In this document: piece by piece, positions 43,302-50,739 of the stretch
Numbering within the stretch: the first letter of the stretch is position 1
Layout of the letters: the number at the start of each line of letters is the position of its first letter
NCBI GenBank assembly: GCA_015231965.1
Contig: JADGAP010000002.1
Span: 1 to 52,985, forward strand
Direction: 5' to 3'
Origin: Magnetococcales bacterium
GTDB taxonomy: Bacteria; Pseudomonadota; Magnetococcia; Magnetococcales; JADGAP01
Length of the DNA stretch: 52,985 nt
Program-made: the position numbers and the translations under genes
The notes under the pieces: model-generated
What the model was told of the DNA's origin: nothing
Database searches by the model: none
What the model saw: the letters and a program-made list of their open reading frames with translations, nothing else

Positions 43302-43405
43302 GGCCTGCCCCCCATAACGAACCGAGACGCCCCTCGAAAACGCTTCCTCCCCCAAGGTATCGGTTTCCCGCCTTCCGGATCAACCGCAAAAAGCAACCCA
43401 TAGAG

Positions 43406-43610
43406 CCATTCCACTTTATAGTTGTTCCATTTAAGATTGGCGCACCATGGGCTTGAGGGAGCAAGGAACTCATTCCAAAAAATAAACCGTCCTTCCCGCG
43501 GAAGCGGGAATCCAGAAAAGCCGATCGGTGAATGGCTCCCTTCAAACAAACGGAAAGGGGGCTTGTTTCCTCGTAACGATCTCTGCATTTCCCTCCCCCT
43601 TCCCTGGATT
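43406..43610 (-). mobile_element. MITE-like element, copy 3, with its flanking module; right end truncated
   Basis: 43406-43487 matches the reverse complement of 845-915. 43488-43516 is the hairpin unit CCGTCCTTCCCGCGGAAGCGGGAATCCAG. The interior matches copy 2. The right inverted repeat stops after CTGGATT at 43610. Confidence 0.75.
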
Positions 43611-43800
43611 AGGGAAGGGTACACGTGGGTGGTTGACGCGGATCTGAAGAGCTATTTTGACACGATACCGCATGAACGGTTGATGGACCGGGTGAAAGAG
43701 AAGATCAGCGACGGAAAGGTGCTGGGATTACGGGATGGTTTTCTCCAGCAGGGGATCATGGAAGGCATGAAGACAAGGAATCCCCCCAATGGCCCCGACT
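43611..43800 (+). pseudogene. Group II intron reverse-transcriptase fragment (RT finger/palm region only)
   Basis: YTWVVDADLKSYFDTIPHERLMDRVKEKISDGKVLGLRDGFLQQGIMEG matches RT blocks 2-3 of intron-encoded proteins (vvDaDik.fFDsI.H..Lm..l...i.D.rvl.Li...L.aGvme). There is no start, and the downstream RT blocks are absent. Confidence 0.75.
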
Positions 43801-43854
43801 TTTTTCCAGGGGACTCTTTGTCGGGCGGGGCGCGGCAACCGGTGAGGCCGGGGG

Positions 43855-44916
43855 TCAACCGGCGGCGGAACGGGGCGGCGCGTCGAGGGCGGCGTCGGCC
43901 TCCTCGACGCCCCATCGGGGGCGGGCGTTCAACCCCATGGCGCTGTGCTGCCCCCGTTGCAACCGCCGCAGCCCCGCCAGGGCGATCATGGCCCCGTTGT
44001 CGGTGCAGAGGGAGAGGGCGGGAAAGCGCACCGTCACCCCCACCGCCGCCGCCCGTTCCGCCAACCGGCCGCGCAGGCGTTGATTGGCCCCCACCCCCCC
44101 GGCGACCAGCAGCCGATCCACCCCCTCCCGGCGACAGGCCGCCAGGGATTTGTTGGTCAGCACCTCCACGATCGCCTCCTGATAGGAGGCCGCCGTATCC
44201 CGCCGAAAGAACTCGCCCGTCTCCCCGACGTGGGCCGTCAGATGGAGCCGCAGGCTGGTTTTGAGTCCTGAAAAGGAAAAGTCTGGATTGCTCTTGTCAC
44301 GCAGCGCCCGGGGGAAAGCGAAAGCGGCGGGGTCGCCTCCCTCCGCCAGGCGGGAGATGGCCGGTCCGCCGGGATAGCCCAGCCCCAGCAGGGTCGCCCC
44401 CTTGTCGAAGGCCTCGCCCACCGCGTCGTCCAGACTCTGCCCCAGCAGCCGATAGACCCCGAAGGCCGCCGCATGAACCAGCAGGGTGTGACCGCCGGAG
44501 ACCAGCAGCCCGATAAAGGGAAAAATCCCTGCGTCCCCGGCGTCGGGATCCTCCAGCAGCGGGCTGATCAAGTGGCCTTCCATGTGGTGAATCCCCAACA
44601 GCGGGAGGCCCGTCGCCAGGGCCAACCCCTTGGCCGCCGCCACCCCGGTAAGCAGCGCCCCGACCAATCCCGGACCCGCCGTCACCGCCACACCGTCCAG
44701 CGCCGCCACCGGGGTGTCGGCCTGGCGCAACGCCGCCGCGATCACTGGTCCGATGTTGCGAATGTGGGCCCGACTGGCCAACTCCGGCACCACCCCGCCG
44801 TAGAGGGCGTGCATCTCCACCTGGGAGTGGACGACGTTGGAAAGCACCCCCGCCACGCTATCCACCACCGCCGCCGCCGTTTCGTCGCAACTGGTCTCGA
44901 TGCCCAAGAGCCGCAT
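43855..44916 (-). CDS. tsaD: tRNA N6-adenosine threonylcarbamoyltransferase
   Basis: MRLLGIETSCDETAAAVV...HSQVEMHALYGGVVPELASRAH...GPGLVGALLTGV...IHHMEGH...LLVSGGHT...GVGANQRLR...LCTDNGAMIA. Confidence 0.92.
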   Translation of the reverse strand: MRLLGIETSCDETAAAVVDSVAGVLSNVVHSQVEMHALYGGVVPELASRAHIRNIGPVIAAALRQADTPVAALDGVAVTAGPGLVGALLTGVAAAKGLALATGLPLLGIHHMEGHLISPLLEDPDAGDAGIFPFIGLLVSGGHTLLVHAAAFGVYRLLGQSLDDAVGEAFDKGATLLGLGYPGGPAISRLAEGGDPAAFAFPRALRDKSNPDFSFSGLKTSLRLHLTAHVGETGEFFRRDTAASYQEAIVEVLTNKSLAACRREGVDRLLVAGGVGANQRLRGRLAERAAAVGVTVRFPALSLCTDNGAMIALAGLRRLQRGQHSAMGLNARPRWGVEEADAALDAPPRSAAG

Positions 44917-45176
44917 GACGCCCGCCCTCCCCCTCGCTCATCCTCCCGCCCCAAAACGCCCCGGACGTGGTCGCAGTGTACGGCGAAACCCAACCTTCCC
45001 ACCACCATCCACGCCGCATCCATGGGGGGGGAGAGGATCGAAGGGGGGGAAGAGGGCGATGGCGGGCGAACGGCGCCGCGTCGTCGAGGGATTTCCCGGA
45101 TTTTTGCTGGAAGCGCGGGGCAAAGCGGGGAATACTGATTCCTTCCAGAAAGCTTGGGGCGGCGAGGAGTTTCACC

Positions 45177-45491
45177 ATGGGCGGAACGCGACGATCATCG
45201 GCCAAGGGCGACGGCGCTCCCGACGCCGAAACCCTGCTGCGGGAGTTGGAAGTGGAGTTGGCCGCCCCCTCTCCCTTTCATCCGGCGGCCCCGGACGCTC
45301 CGGCGGCGGTGGAGGCCTCCCGCGCCGCGGAGATGACCCCGGACCCCGACCGCCCCTGGAAGGCCGCCCCCCCCGCCGCACCGGAGTCCCCCCGCGGCGG
45401 CGGCGAAAGCGGCCTGGGGCTTTCGGAAAAACAGACTTTGCGCGCCGCATGGCAAGCCTTGTCGGAAAAATTGAGCGACGACGTGGCGTGA
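45177..45491 (+). CDS. Hypothetical Pro/Ala-rich small protein (104 aa)
   Basis: ATG 45177 is preceded by GAGGAG, and the gene sits between the divergent tsaD and hemC. No family recognised. The composition could also be a high-GC artefact. Confidence 0.35.
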   Translation: MGGTRRSSAKGDGAPDAETLLRELEVELAAPSPFHPAAPDAPAAVEASRAAEMTPDPDRPWKAAPPAAPESPRGGGESGLGLSEKQTLRAAWQALSEKLSDDVA

Positions 45492-45564
45492 GCCCCCCCG
45501 GGCGGGTGGCGGCGCCAGATCCTTCCCATTCACCCCCTGACACCCTGAATCCGAGAGTCCGACC

Positions 45565-46512
45565 ATGAGTTTTTCCCGCGCGTTGCGCATTGGCACCCGG
45601 GGCAGCCTGCTGGCGTTGTGGCAGGCCCGTTGGGTTCAATCCCGACTTCAGGCGGTTCATCCCGGCCTGGAAGTGGTCTTGGAGATCATCAAAACCCAGG
45701 GGGATAAAATTCTCGACGTCCCCCTGGCCCAGGTGGGGGGCAAGGGGCTCTTCGTCAAGGAGTTGGAAGAGGCGATGCTGGAAGACCGCACCGATCTGGC
45801 GGTCCACTCGATGAAGGACGTGCCCGCCGAATTTCCCCCCGGCCTGGGGCTGGCGGCGGTGCTGGAGCGGGAGGATCCCCGGGACGCCCTGCTGTCGGTC
45901 CACTTCAACAGCCTGGACGAACTGCCCCAGGGGGCGCGGGTGGGCTCGTCGTCGTTGCGGCGGCAGAGCCAGATCAAACGGTTGCGCCCGGATTTGCAGG
46001 TGGTTTCGCTGCGCGGCAACGTCAACACCCGCATCGCCAAGCTGGAGGCGGGGGAGTTCGACGCCATCCTGCTGGCCGCCGCCGGGGTCAAGCGGTTGGC
46101 CATGACGCAACAGGTCAAGCAATATCTCGAACCGGATCAAATGCTGCCCGCCATCGGTCAGGGGGCGGTGGGGGTGGAGGCCCGGTTGGGAGACGAGGCG
46201 GTGCTGGCCCTGCTCCGCCCCTTGGACCACGCCCCCACCCGGATTTGCGTCGAGGCGGAACGGGCCTTTCTCGCCACCCTGGAGGGGGGATGCCAGGTTC
46301 CCATCGCCGGTCACGCCCAATGGCAAGGCGACGCCCTGCGGCTTCAGGGGCTGGTGGGGGATCTGGAGGGACGGCGGGTGGTGGAGGAGACCATGGAAGG
46401 CTCGGCCTCGGACCCCGCCGCCCTCGGCGTGGCCCTGGCTCATCGACTGCTGGATCAGGGTGCCGCCGCTATCCTGGCGGACGTGTATCACGGGGCGGCG
46501 GTTCGGACGTGA
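45565..46512 (+). CDS. hemC: Hydroxymethylbilane synthase (porphobilinogen deaminase)
   Basis: LRIGTRGSLLALWQA...IIKTQGDKILD.PL...GGKGLFVKELEEAML....DLAVHSMKDVP...GSSSLRRQSQ...LRGNVNTR..KL... Confidence 0.92.
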   Translation: MSFSRALRIGTRGSLLALWQARWVQSRLQAVHPGLEVVLEIIKTQGDKILDVPLAQVGGKGLFVKELEEAMLEDRTDLAVHSMKDVPAEFPPGLGLAAVLEREDPRDALLSVHFNSLDELPQGARVGSSSLRRQSQIKRLRPDLQVVSLRGNVNTRIAKLEAGEFDAILLAAAGVKRLAMTQQVKQYLEPDQMLPAIGQGAVGVEARLGDEAVLALLRPLDHAPTRICVEAERAFLATLEGGCQVPIAGHAQWQGDALRLQGLVGDLEGRRVVEETMEGSASDPAALGVALAHRLLDQGAAAILADVYHGAAVRT

Positions 46513-47330
46513 GCGGCGACGGGGTCGCCTCCCCCTCCCCCTCCTCACCCGGCCTGTTGCGCGGACGGCGCATCCTACTCACCCGCCCCCAGCCCGAATT
46601 GGACGAAACCGCCCAACGGGTGGCGGCGCTGGGGGGGATTCCCCTCCTCGCCCCGGCGATGGTCATCGCCCCGCCCCAGGAGGAGGCCCCGCTGCGCCAT
46701 GGATTGCAAACCCTGGCGGATTGGGACGGGATTTTGTTCACCAGCGTCAACGCGGTGCGGGCGGTGGAGCGCTTCCCCTTGCCCGACGTAAAACCATTGG
46801 CTTACGCCGTCGGCGGCAAAACCGCCCAGTCCCTGGAGGCGGCGGGATGGCGGACGGCCCCCCTGCCCCCCGGGGTGCGGGATGGGGCGTCGCTGGCCGA
46901 GGCGATGATCGCCGCCGGGGGCAAGCAGGGCGTGGCCGGTCGGCGTTATTTTTTCCCCCGGGCCGAGGAGGGGCGGGAGGAGTTGGCGGAACGGCTGCGT
47001 CAGGCGGGGGCCAAGGTGGAACTGGTCATCGCCTATCGGGCGGTGGCGTCCCACGCCATTCCGGAAGAGGCGGCGGCGCGGCTGTGCGCCGGAGAGGTGG
47101 ATGGGGCGCTTTTTTTCAGCCCCCGCACCGTCGCTTTGTTTCTGGCCCTGCTGACTCCCCCGATGCGCCAAGGATTGGCCCGGGCGGTGCTGGGGGCTCT
47201 GAGTTCGGCGGTGGCGGCGGCCCTGGCGGGGGGGGGCTTTCCCGGGGCGGTGGTTCCCGATCGCCCCGAGGCGGAAGCCCTGCTCGACCGGGTGGGGGTG
47301 CGGCTCCTGGAAGGTTCCGCCGTGGAGTGA
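46509..47330 (+). CDS. hemD: Uroporphyrinogen-III synthase
   Basis: The GTG overlaps the hemC stop (GTGA). RILLTRPQPELDETAQRVAALGGIPLLAPAM...WDGILFTSVNAVRA...YAVGGKTAQSL fits the HemD fold pattern and the usual hemC-hemD order. Confidence 0.75.
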   Translation: MSGDGVASPSPSSPGLLRGRRILLTRPQPELDETAQRVAALGGIPLLAPAMVIAPPQEEAPLRHGLQTLADWDGILFTSVNAVRAVERFPLPDVKPLAYAVGGKTAQSLEAAGWRTAPLPPGVRDGASLAEAMIAAGGKQGVAGRRYFFPRAEEGREELAERLRQAGAKVELVIAYRAVASHAIPEEAAARLCAGEVDGALFFSPRTVALFLALLTPPMRQGLARAVLGALSSAVAAALAGGGFPGAVVPDRPEAEALLDRVGVRLLEGSAVE

Positions 47331-47363
47331 CCGCTGGCCGGTTCGAGGGCCCTCGCCGCACGA

Positions 47364-47393
47364 CAAAAAAACGGGGCCCGAGGGCCCCGTTTG
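47364..47393. terminator. Bidirectional terminator between hemD and fccB
   Basis: A7-CGGGGCCC-GA-GGGCCCCG-TTT. The T-run is stronger on the minus strand (fccB side). Confidence 0.7.
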
Positions 47394-47425
47394 GCGTCAC
47401 GCCGAACTCGCGGTGAGAGCGAGGT

Positions 47426-48736
47426 TTAGGCGAAGGTGTCCGCCATGATGCTCTGATACCACCCTTCGGCGTAGATGGCTTCCTGCTTGCGGAAGGTATC
47501 CTTGCCCGCGCCCAGATCGGCGGAGGGGGGGGAGATGGCGGTGCTGGTGATCTTGAGCTTGCCTTCCGAAACGCCGCCGATATGGGCCACGGAGATGCCG
47601 TAGTCGGGGGTCAGGATGGAGTAGCAGGTGTTGGCGTAGGAGGGGTCGCCCGCTTCCTTGCCGGAGAGGGCGGCCACGATATTGGCGGCGGCCACCTTGG
47701 CTTCGGAGTTGGCGGCGTAGCCGGACTTGGGCAGGGCGTCCTTGTCGGTCAGACCAGCGATGGCGCAGGCGTCGCCGATGACGTAAACGTCCTTGTGCAG
47801 GGTCGATTCGCAGGTCGCGGGATTGACCGGGCACCACCCCTTGTCGTTGACCAGACCGCCCACGTGGGCGATGTGACCCGCCACCTGAGGCGGAATGACG
47901 TTGATGCAGGAGCTTTTGTACGTGTCGCCCATGTCGCCGGCGGTGACGGTCATGCCCGCCACGTCAATCTTGGTCACCTTGCCGCCCTCGGCACCCTTTT
48001 TCCACTCCACGTTCAGCCCCAACTCCTTCCAGCCGCTGACGAAGAGGGGCTGCTTGGCGAAGGCGTCCTTGGCGTCGAGGATGATGACCTTGGACTTGGG
48101 CTTGTGCTTCTTCATCCAGTGGGCCACCAGGCTGGCCCGTTCGTAGGGTCCGGGGGGGCAGCGGAAGGGATTCGGCGGGGCGACGATGATGAAGGGGTCG
48201 CCATCGGTCATGGACTCCAACTGCTTCTTGAGCAGCAGGGTTTGGGGACCGGCCTTCCAGGCGTGGGGCATCTTTTCCGCCGCTTCGGCGCTGAAGCCCT
48301 CGATGGCACCAAACTTCAGCTCGACGCCGGGGGAGACCACCAGCTTGTCGTATTCGAAGCTCTTGCCGCCCTTGGTGGTGACCTTCTTGGCGGCGGCGTC
48401 GATGCCGGTCACTTCGTCGATGACCACATTGATGCCGTGCTTCTTCAGACCCTCATAGCCCCAGGTCTGCACCTTCATGTCGCGATGGCCCACCAACACG
48501 GGGTTGGAAAGGGGGCAGGAGATATACTTTTCGTTCATCTCGATGAGGGTGACGTCGGCGGAGGGAAGCCCCTTCTTGACGTACTTGGCGGCCACGGCGC
48601 CGCCATAGCCGCCGCCCACCACCACCACGCGAGGAGCCGCGGCCCGCCCGATGCTGGGCAGATACAGACCGCTGGCGGTCACGGCGGCGGCGCCGCCGGT
48701 CAGTTTGAGAAACGTTCTACGAGTGAATTGGGACAT
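47426..48736 (-). CDS. fccB: Flavocytochrome c sulfide dehydrogenase, flavoprotein subunit
   Basis: Tat signal SQFTRRTFLKLTGGAAAVTA. FAD fold VVVVGGGYGGAVAAKY. C-terminal FCSD flavin-binding-like region. Lies directly downstream of a dihaem cytochrome c gene. Start ATG 48736 has GGAGG 9 nt upstream. Confidence 0.82.
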   Translation of the reverse strand: MSQFTRRTFLKLTGGAAAVTASGLYLPSIGRAAAPRVVVVGGGYGGAVAAKYVKKGLPSADVTLIEMNEKYISCPLSNPVLVGHRDMKVQTWGYEGLKKHGINVVIDEVTGIDAAAKKVTTKGGKSFEYDKLVVSPGVELKFGAIEGFSAEAAEKMPHAWKAGPQTLLLKKQLESMTDGDPFIIVAPPNPFRCPPGPYERASLVAHWMKKHKPKSKVIILDAKDAFAKQPLFVSGWKELGLNVEWKKGAEGGKVTKIDVAGMTVTAGDMGDTYKSSCINVIPPQVAGHIAHVGGLVNDKGWCPVNPATCESTLHKDVYVIGDACAIAGLTDKDALPKSGYAANSEAKVAAANIVAALSGKEAGDPSYANTCYSILTPDYGISVAHIGGVSEGKLKITSTAISPPSADLGAGKDTFRKQEAIYAEGWYQSIMADTFA

Positions 48737-48755
48737 CGATGGCATCCTCCGTGCT

Positions 48756-49376
48756 TCACTTGGCCTGGCTGGCATAGAAATGGGCGGTGGCTTTCAGCTC
48801 ATCCACGGAGAGCTTATCCACCTTCTCCTTCATCTTCTTCTCCTGGGGCACCTTGAAATTGGGATCCTTCAAGTCGGCCATTTTGATCAGGAGATAGTCC
48901 AGCCACTGCCCGGCCATGCGGGGGGTGCTTTCGTCTTGCTTGACGCCGCCCTCTTCATGGCATTTTTCGCATTGCTTGTCGGCGATGGCCTTGCCCTTCT
49001 TGGCCAGGGCGGGGTCCACCTTGGTATCTTCCACCATGTTGGGGTTGGTTTTGGCGTCGCCCCACTTGAGCTTGGAATAGAACTCGGCGATGGTCTTGAG
49101 CTCCTCGTCGCTGTATCCCTTGGCGACGCGGACCATGATGGTGGAGTGACGGGAACCGTCCTTGAACTCCTTCAACATCCCTTCCAGATGCTTGGCGGGC
49201 ATGCCGGCGATGGAGGGCATGGAGGGACCGGCGGAGACGCCGTCGGGACCATGACAACCCGCGCAGGTGTTGCTCAACATTTCGGGAGAGGCCCCGGCCA
49301 TGGCCGAACCGGCCAGCAGCAGGCCGCCCGCCAGCAACGCGCTGGTCAGAAGGGTCGTGCTCTTTTTTTTCTGCAT
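48756..49376 (-). CDS. fccA: Flavocytochrome c sulfide dehydrogenase, dihaem cytochrome c subunit
   Basis: Signal peptide plus two haem c motifs (CAGCH and CEKCH). Immediately upstream of fccB. Confidence 0.78.
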   Translation of the reverse strand: MQKKKSTTLLTSALLAGGLLLAGSAMAGASPEMLSNTCAGCHGPDGVSAGPSMPSIAGMPAKHLEGMLKEFKDGSRHSTIMVRVAKGYSDEELKTIAEFYSKLKWGDAKTNPNMVEDTKVDPALAKKGKAIADKQCEKCHEEGGVKQDESTPRMAGQWLDYLLIKMADLKDPNFKVPQEKKMKEKVDKLSVDELKATAHFYASQAK

Positions 49377-49468
49377 GAGATCCTCCGCTTCGTGTGGTCC
49401 CCCCGGGTGCGGCTCCCGTGAGAGGGACGATTAAACTTGCGCCCTTGGGTTACAGGGCGATCCGGGAA

Positions 49469-50047
49469 CTAGATGTCCCCCTGGGCCGCCCCGTCTTGAA
49501 TTTCCTTGATCACGGTCCACACCCGTTCCGCTTCCTTGCGCAGATCGTCCGGCAATTTTTTGCCGCCGTGGATCATCAGGTCCAGGCTCATGGTGTGCAG
49601 CCACAGCTTGCCGTTCTTGTCCTGCACCACGGCGATGCGGCAGGGCATGAAGGCGGTGTAGGCGTCGTTGTATTCCGCCATCATCTTGCCGACCATGGCG
49701 TCGCAGAACGAGAGGAAGGAGATGTGGCGATACTCCTTGTTGGTCATCGCCTGCACTTGCTTGTAGAACGGCGCCTCGCCCACGAACATAAAGTTCTTGG
49801 ACGCCGCCAAGCTTTTCAACGACTCCTTGACGTCATCCGCCGAAAGGCCGTCCTTCACCTGCACCGACCGCACCATGGCGGAGCCGGGGTCGCCGGTCTC
49901 CATCATTTTGCCCGCGAACTGCTTGTAGGTCGCCACGTATCCTTCGTCAAAGGTTTTGAGCATGGGGCCATACTTGAAATAGCCGTATCCCCCCGCCGCC
50001 ACCGTGGCCATGCCAATCAATGCGAACACCTTGCCGAAAAAGCCCAT
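49469..50047 (-). CDS. Membrane-anchored DUF302-domain protein
   Basis: N-terminal TM helix (FALIGMATVAAGGYGYF). AYTAFMPCRIAVVQDKNGKLWLHTM resembles the DUF302 core (lPCri.vye.dg.v.i..m). First gene of the apparent DUF302-fccA-fccB unit. Confidence 0.55.
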   Translation of the reverse strand: MGFFGKVFALIGMATVAAGGYGYFKYGPMLKTFDEGYVATYKQFAGKMMETGDPGSAMVRSVQVKDGLSADDVKESLKSLAASKNFMFVGEAPFYKQVQAMTNKEYRHISFLSFCDAMVGKMMAEYNDAYTAFMPCRIAVVQDKNGKLWLHTMSLDLMIHGGKKLPDDLRKEAERVWTVIKEIQDGAAQGDI

Positions 50048-50171
50048 CCCCGTTTTCTCCGATAGCTGACAGCCGCTGTTCCCGAGTCGTCAATCTTTTT
50101 ATGTCGCCTGATCAGGCGTGGGTCGTGATTTTTTTCCGTGTTGCGCCAACCGCCCCCTCCCGGACAGTTTG

Positions 50172-50205
50172 CTTCCTCCTTCCCTTCCCTTCCCTCCCTT
50201 CCCTT
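50172..50205. repeat. 34-nt pure polypyrimidine tract, (CCCTT)n-like
   Basis: CTTCCTCCTTCCCTTCCCTTCCCTCCCTTCCCTT contains only C and T on the plus strand, and lies 125-160 nt upstream of the DUF302 gene start. Confidence 0.9.
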
Positions 50206-50739
50206 GGCCGGGCTTGGGGCCGATGGCGTCGAAGGGCGTCAGGAACGCCCGCGCCGCCGCCGTGGATTTCGCCATCCCCCTTCCCCTTGGGGCGTGGGGC
50301 GGTCCGCCCCGGGGCCATCCAAGACATCGAGGGGTCCAACGAAATGACGAAGCCAATGACGGCAAAAAGAGGCGTCGCACAGGGGGGGTGAGGGGCTGAA
50401 TATTATTCCTTCCTAATATTAGTTGATTATAATATACATCCCAAGCGTGAAAAAACTCCTAGATGAAAGCAAATGCGCCCTTCATCCGTCAAGAGTTTTC
50501 CGAAGGGGACGACGAATCAGGGGAGAATTTATATTTGAGAAGAGGGATCATGCCGAGGTTGTTGCAATGCATCAAGAACTGGCCCGGACGCCGATGGGAA
50601 AAAACGGATCGTCTTTCTTGCCGCAAAGCGGGGCGGTGGAAGGTCGGGCGCTTTGCGCTTGCTCCGGGGGGATGAGAACGCTAACCTGAGGACGTCTTGT
50701 GAAAATTCATTGGGGTTTCCCGTCCTGGAGCGACAGACG

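Noticed and set aside
50423-50689. 88-aa ORF in the AT-rich region upstream of the radical SAM gene.
   Set aside because: No ribosome-binding site or motif. It starts inside a very AT-rich promoter-like patch, and the alternative frame 50463-50675 is equally open, which suggests chance ORFs.
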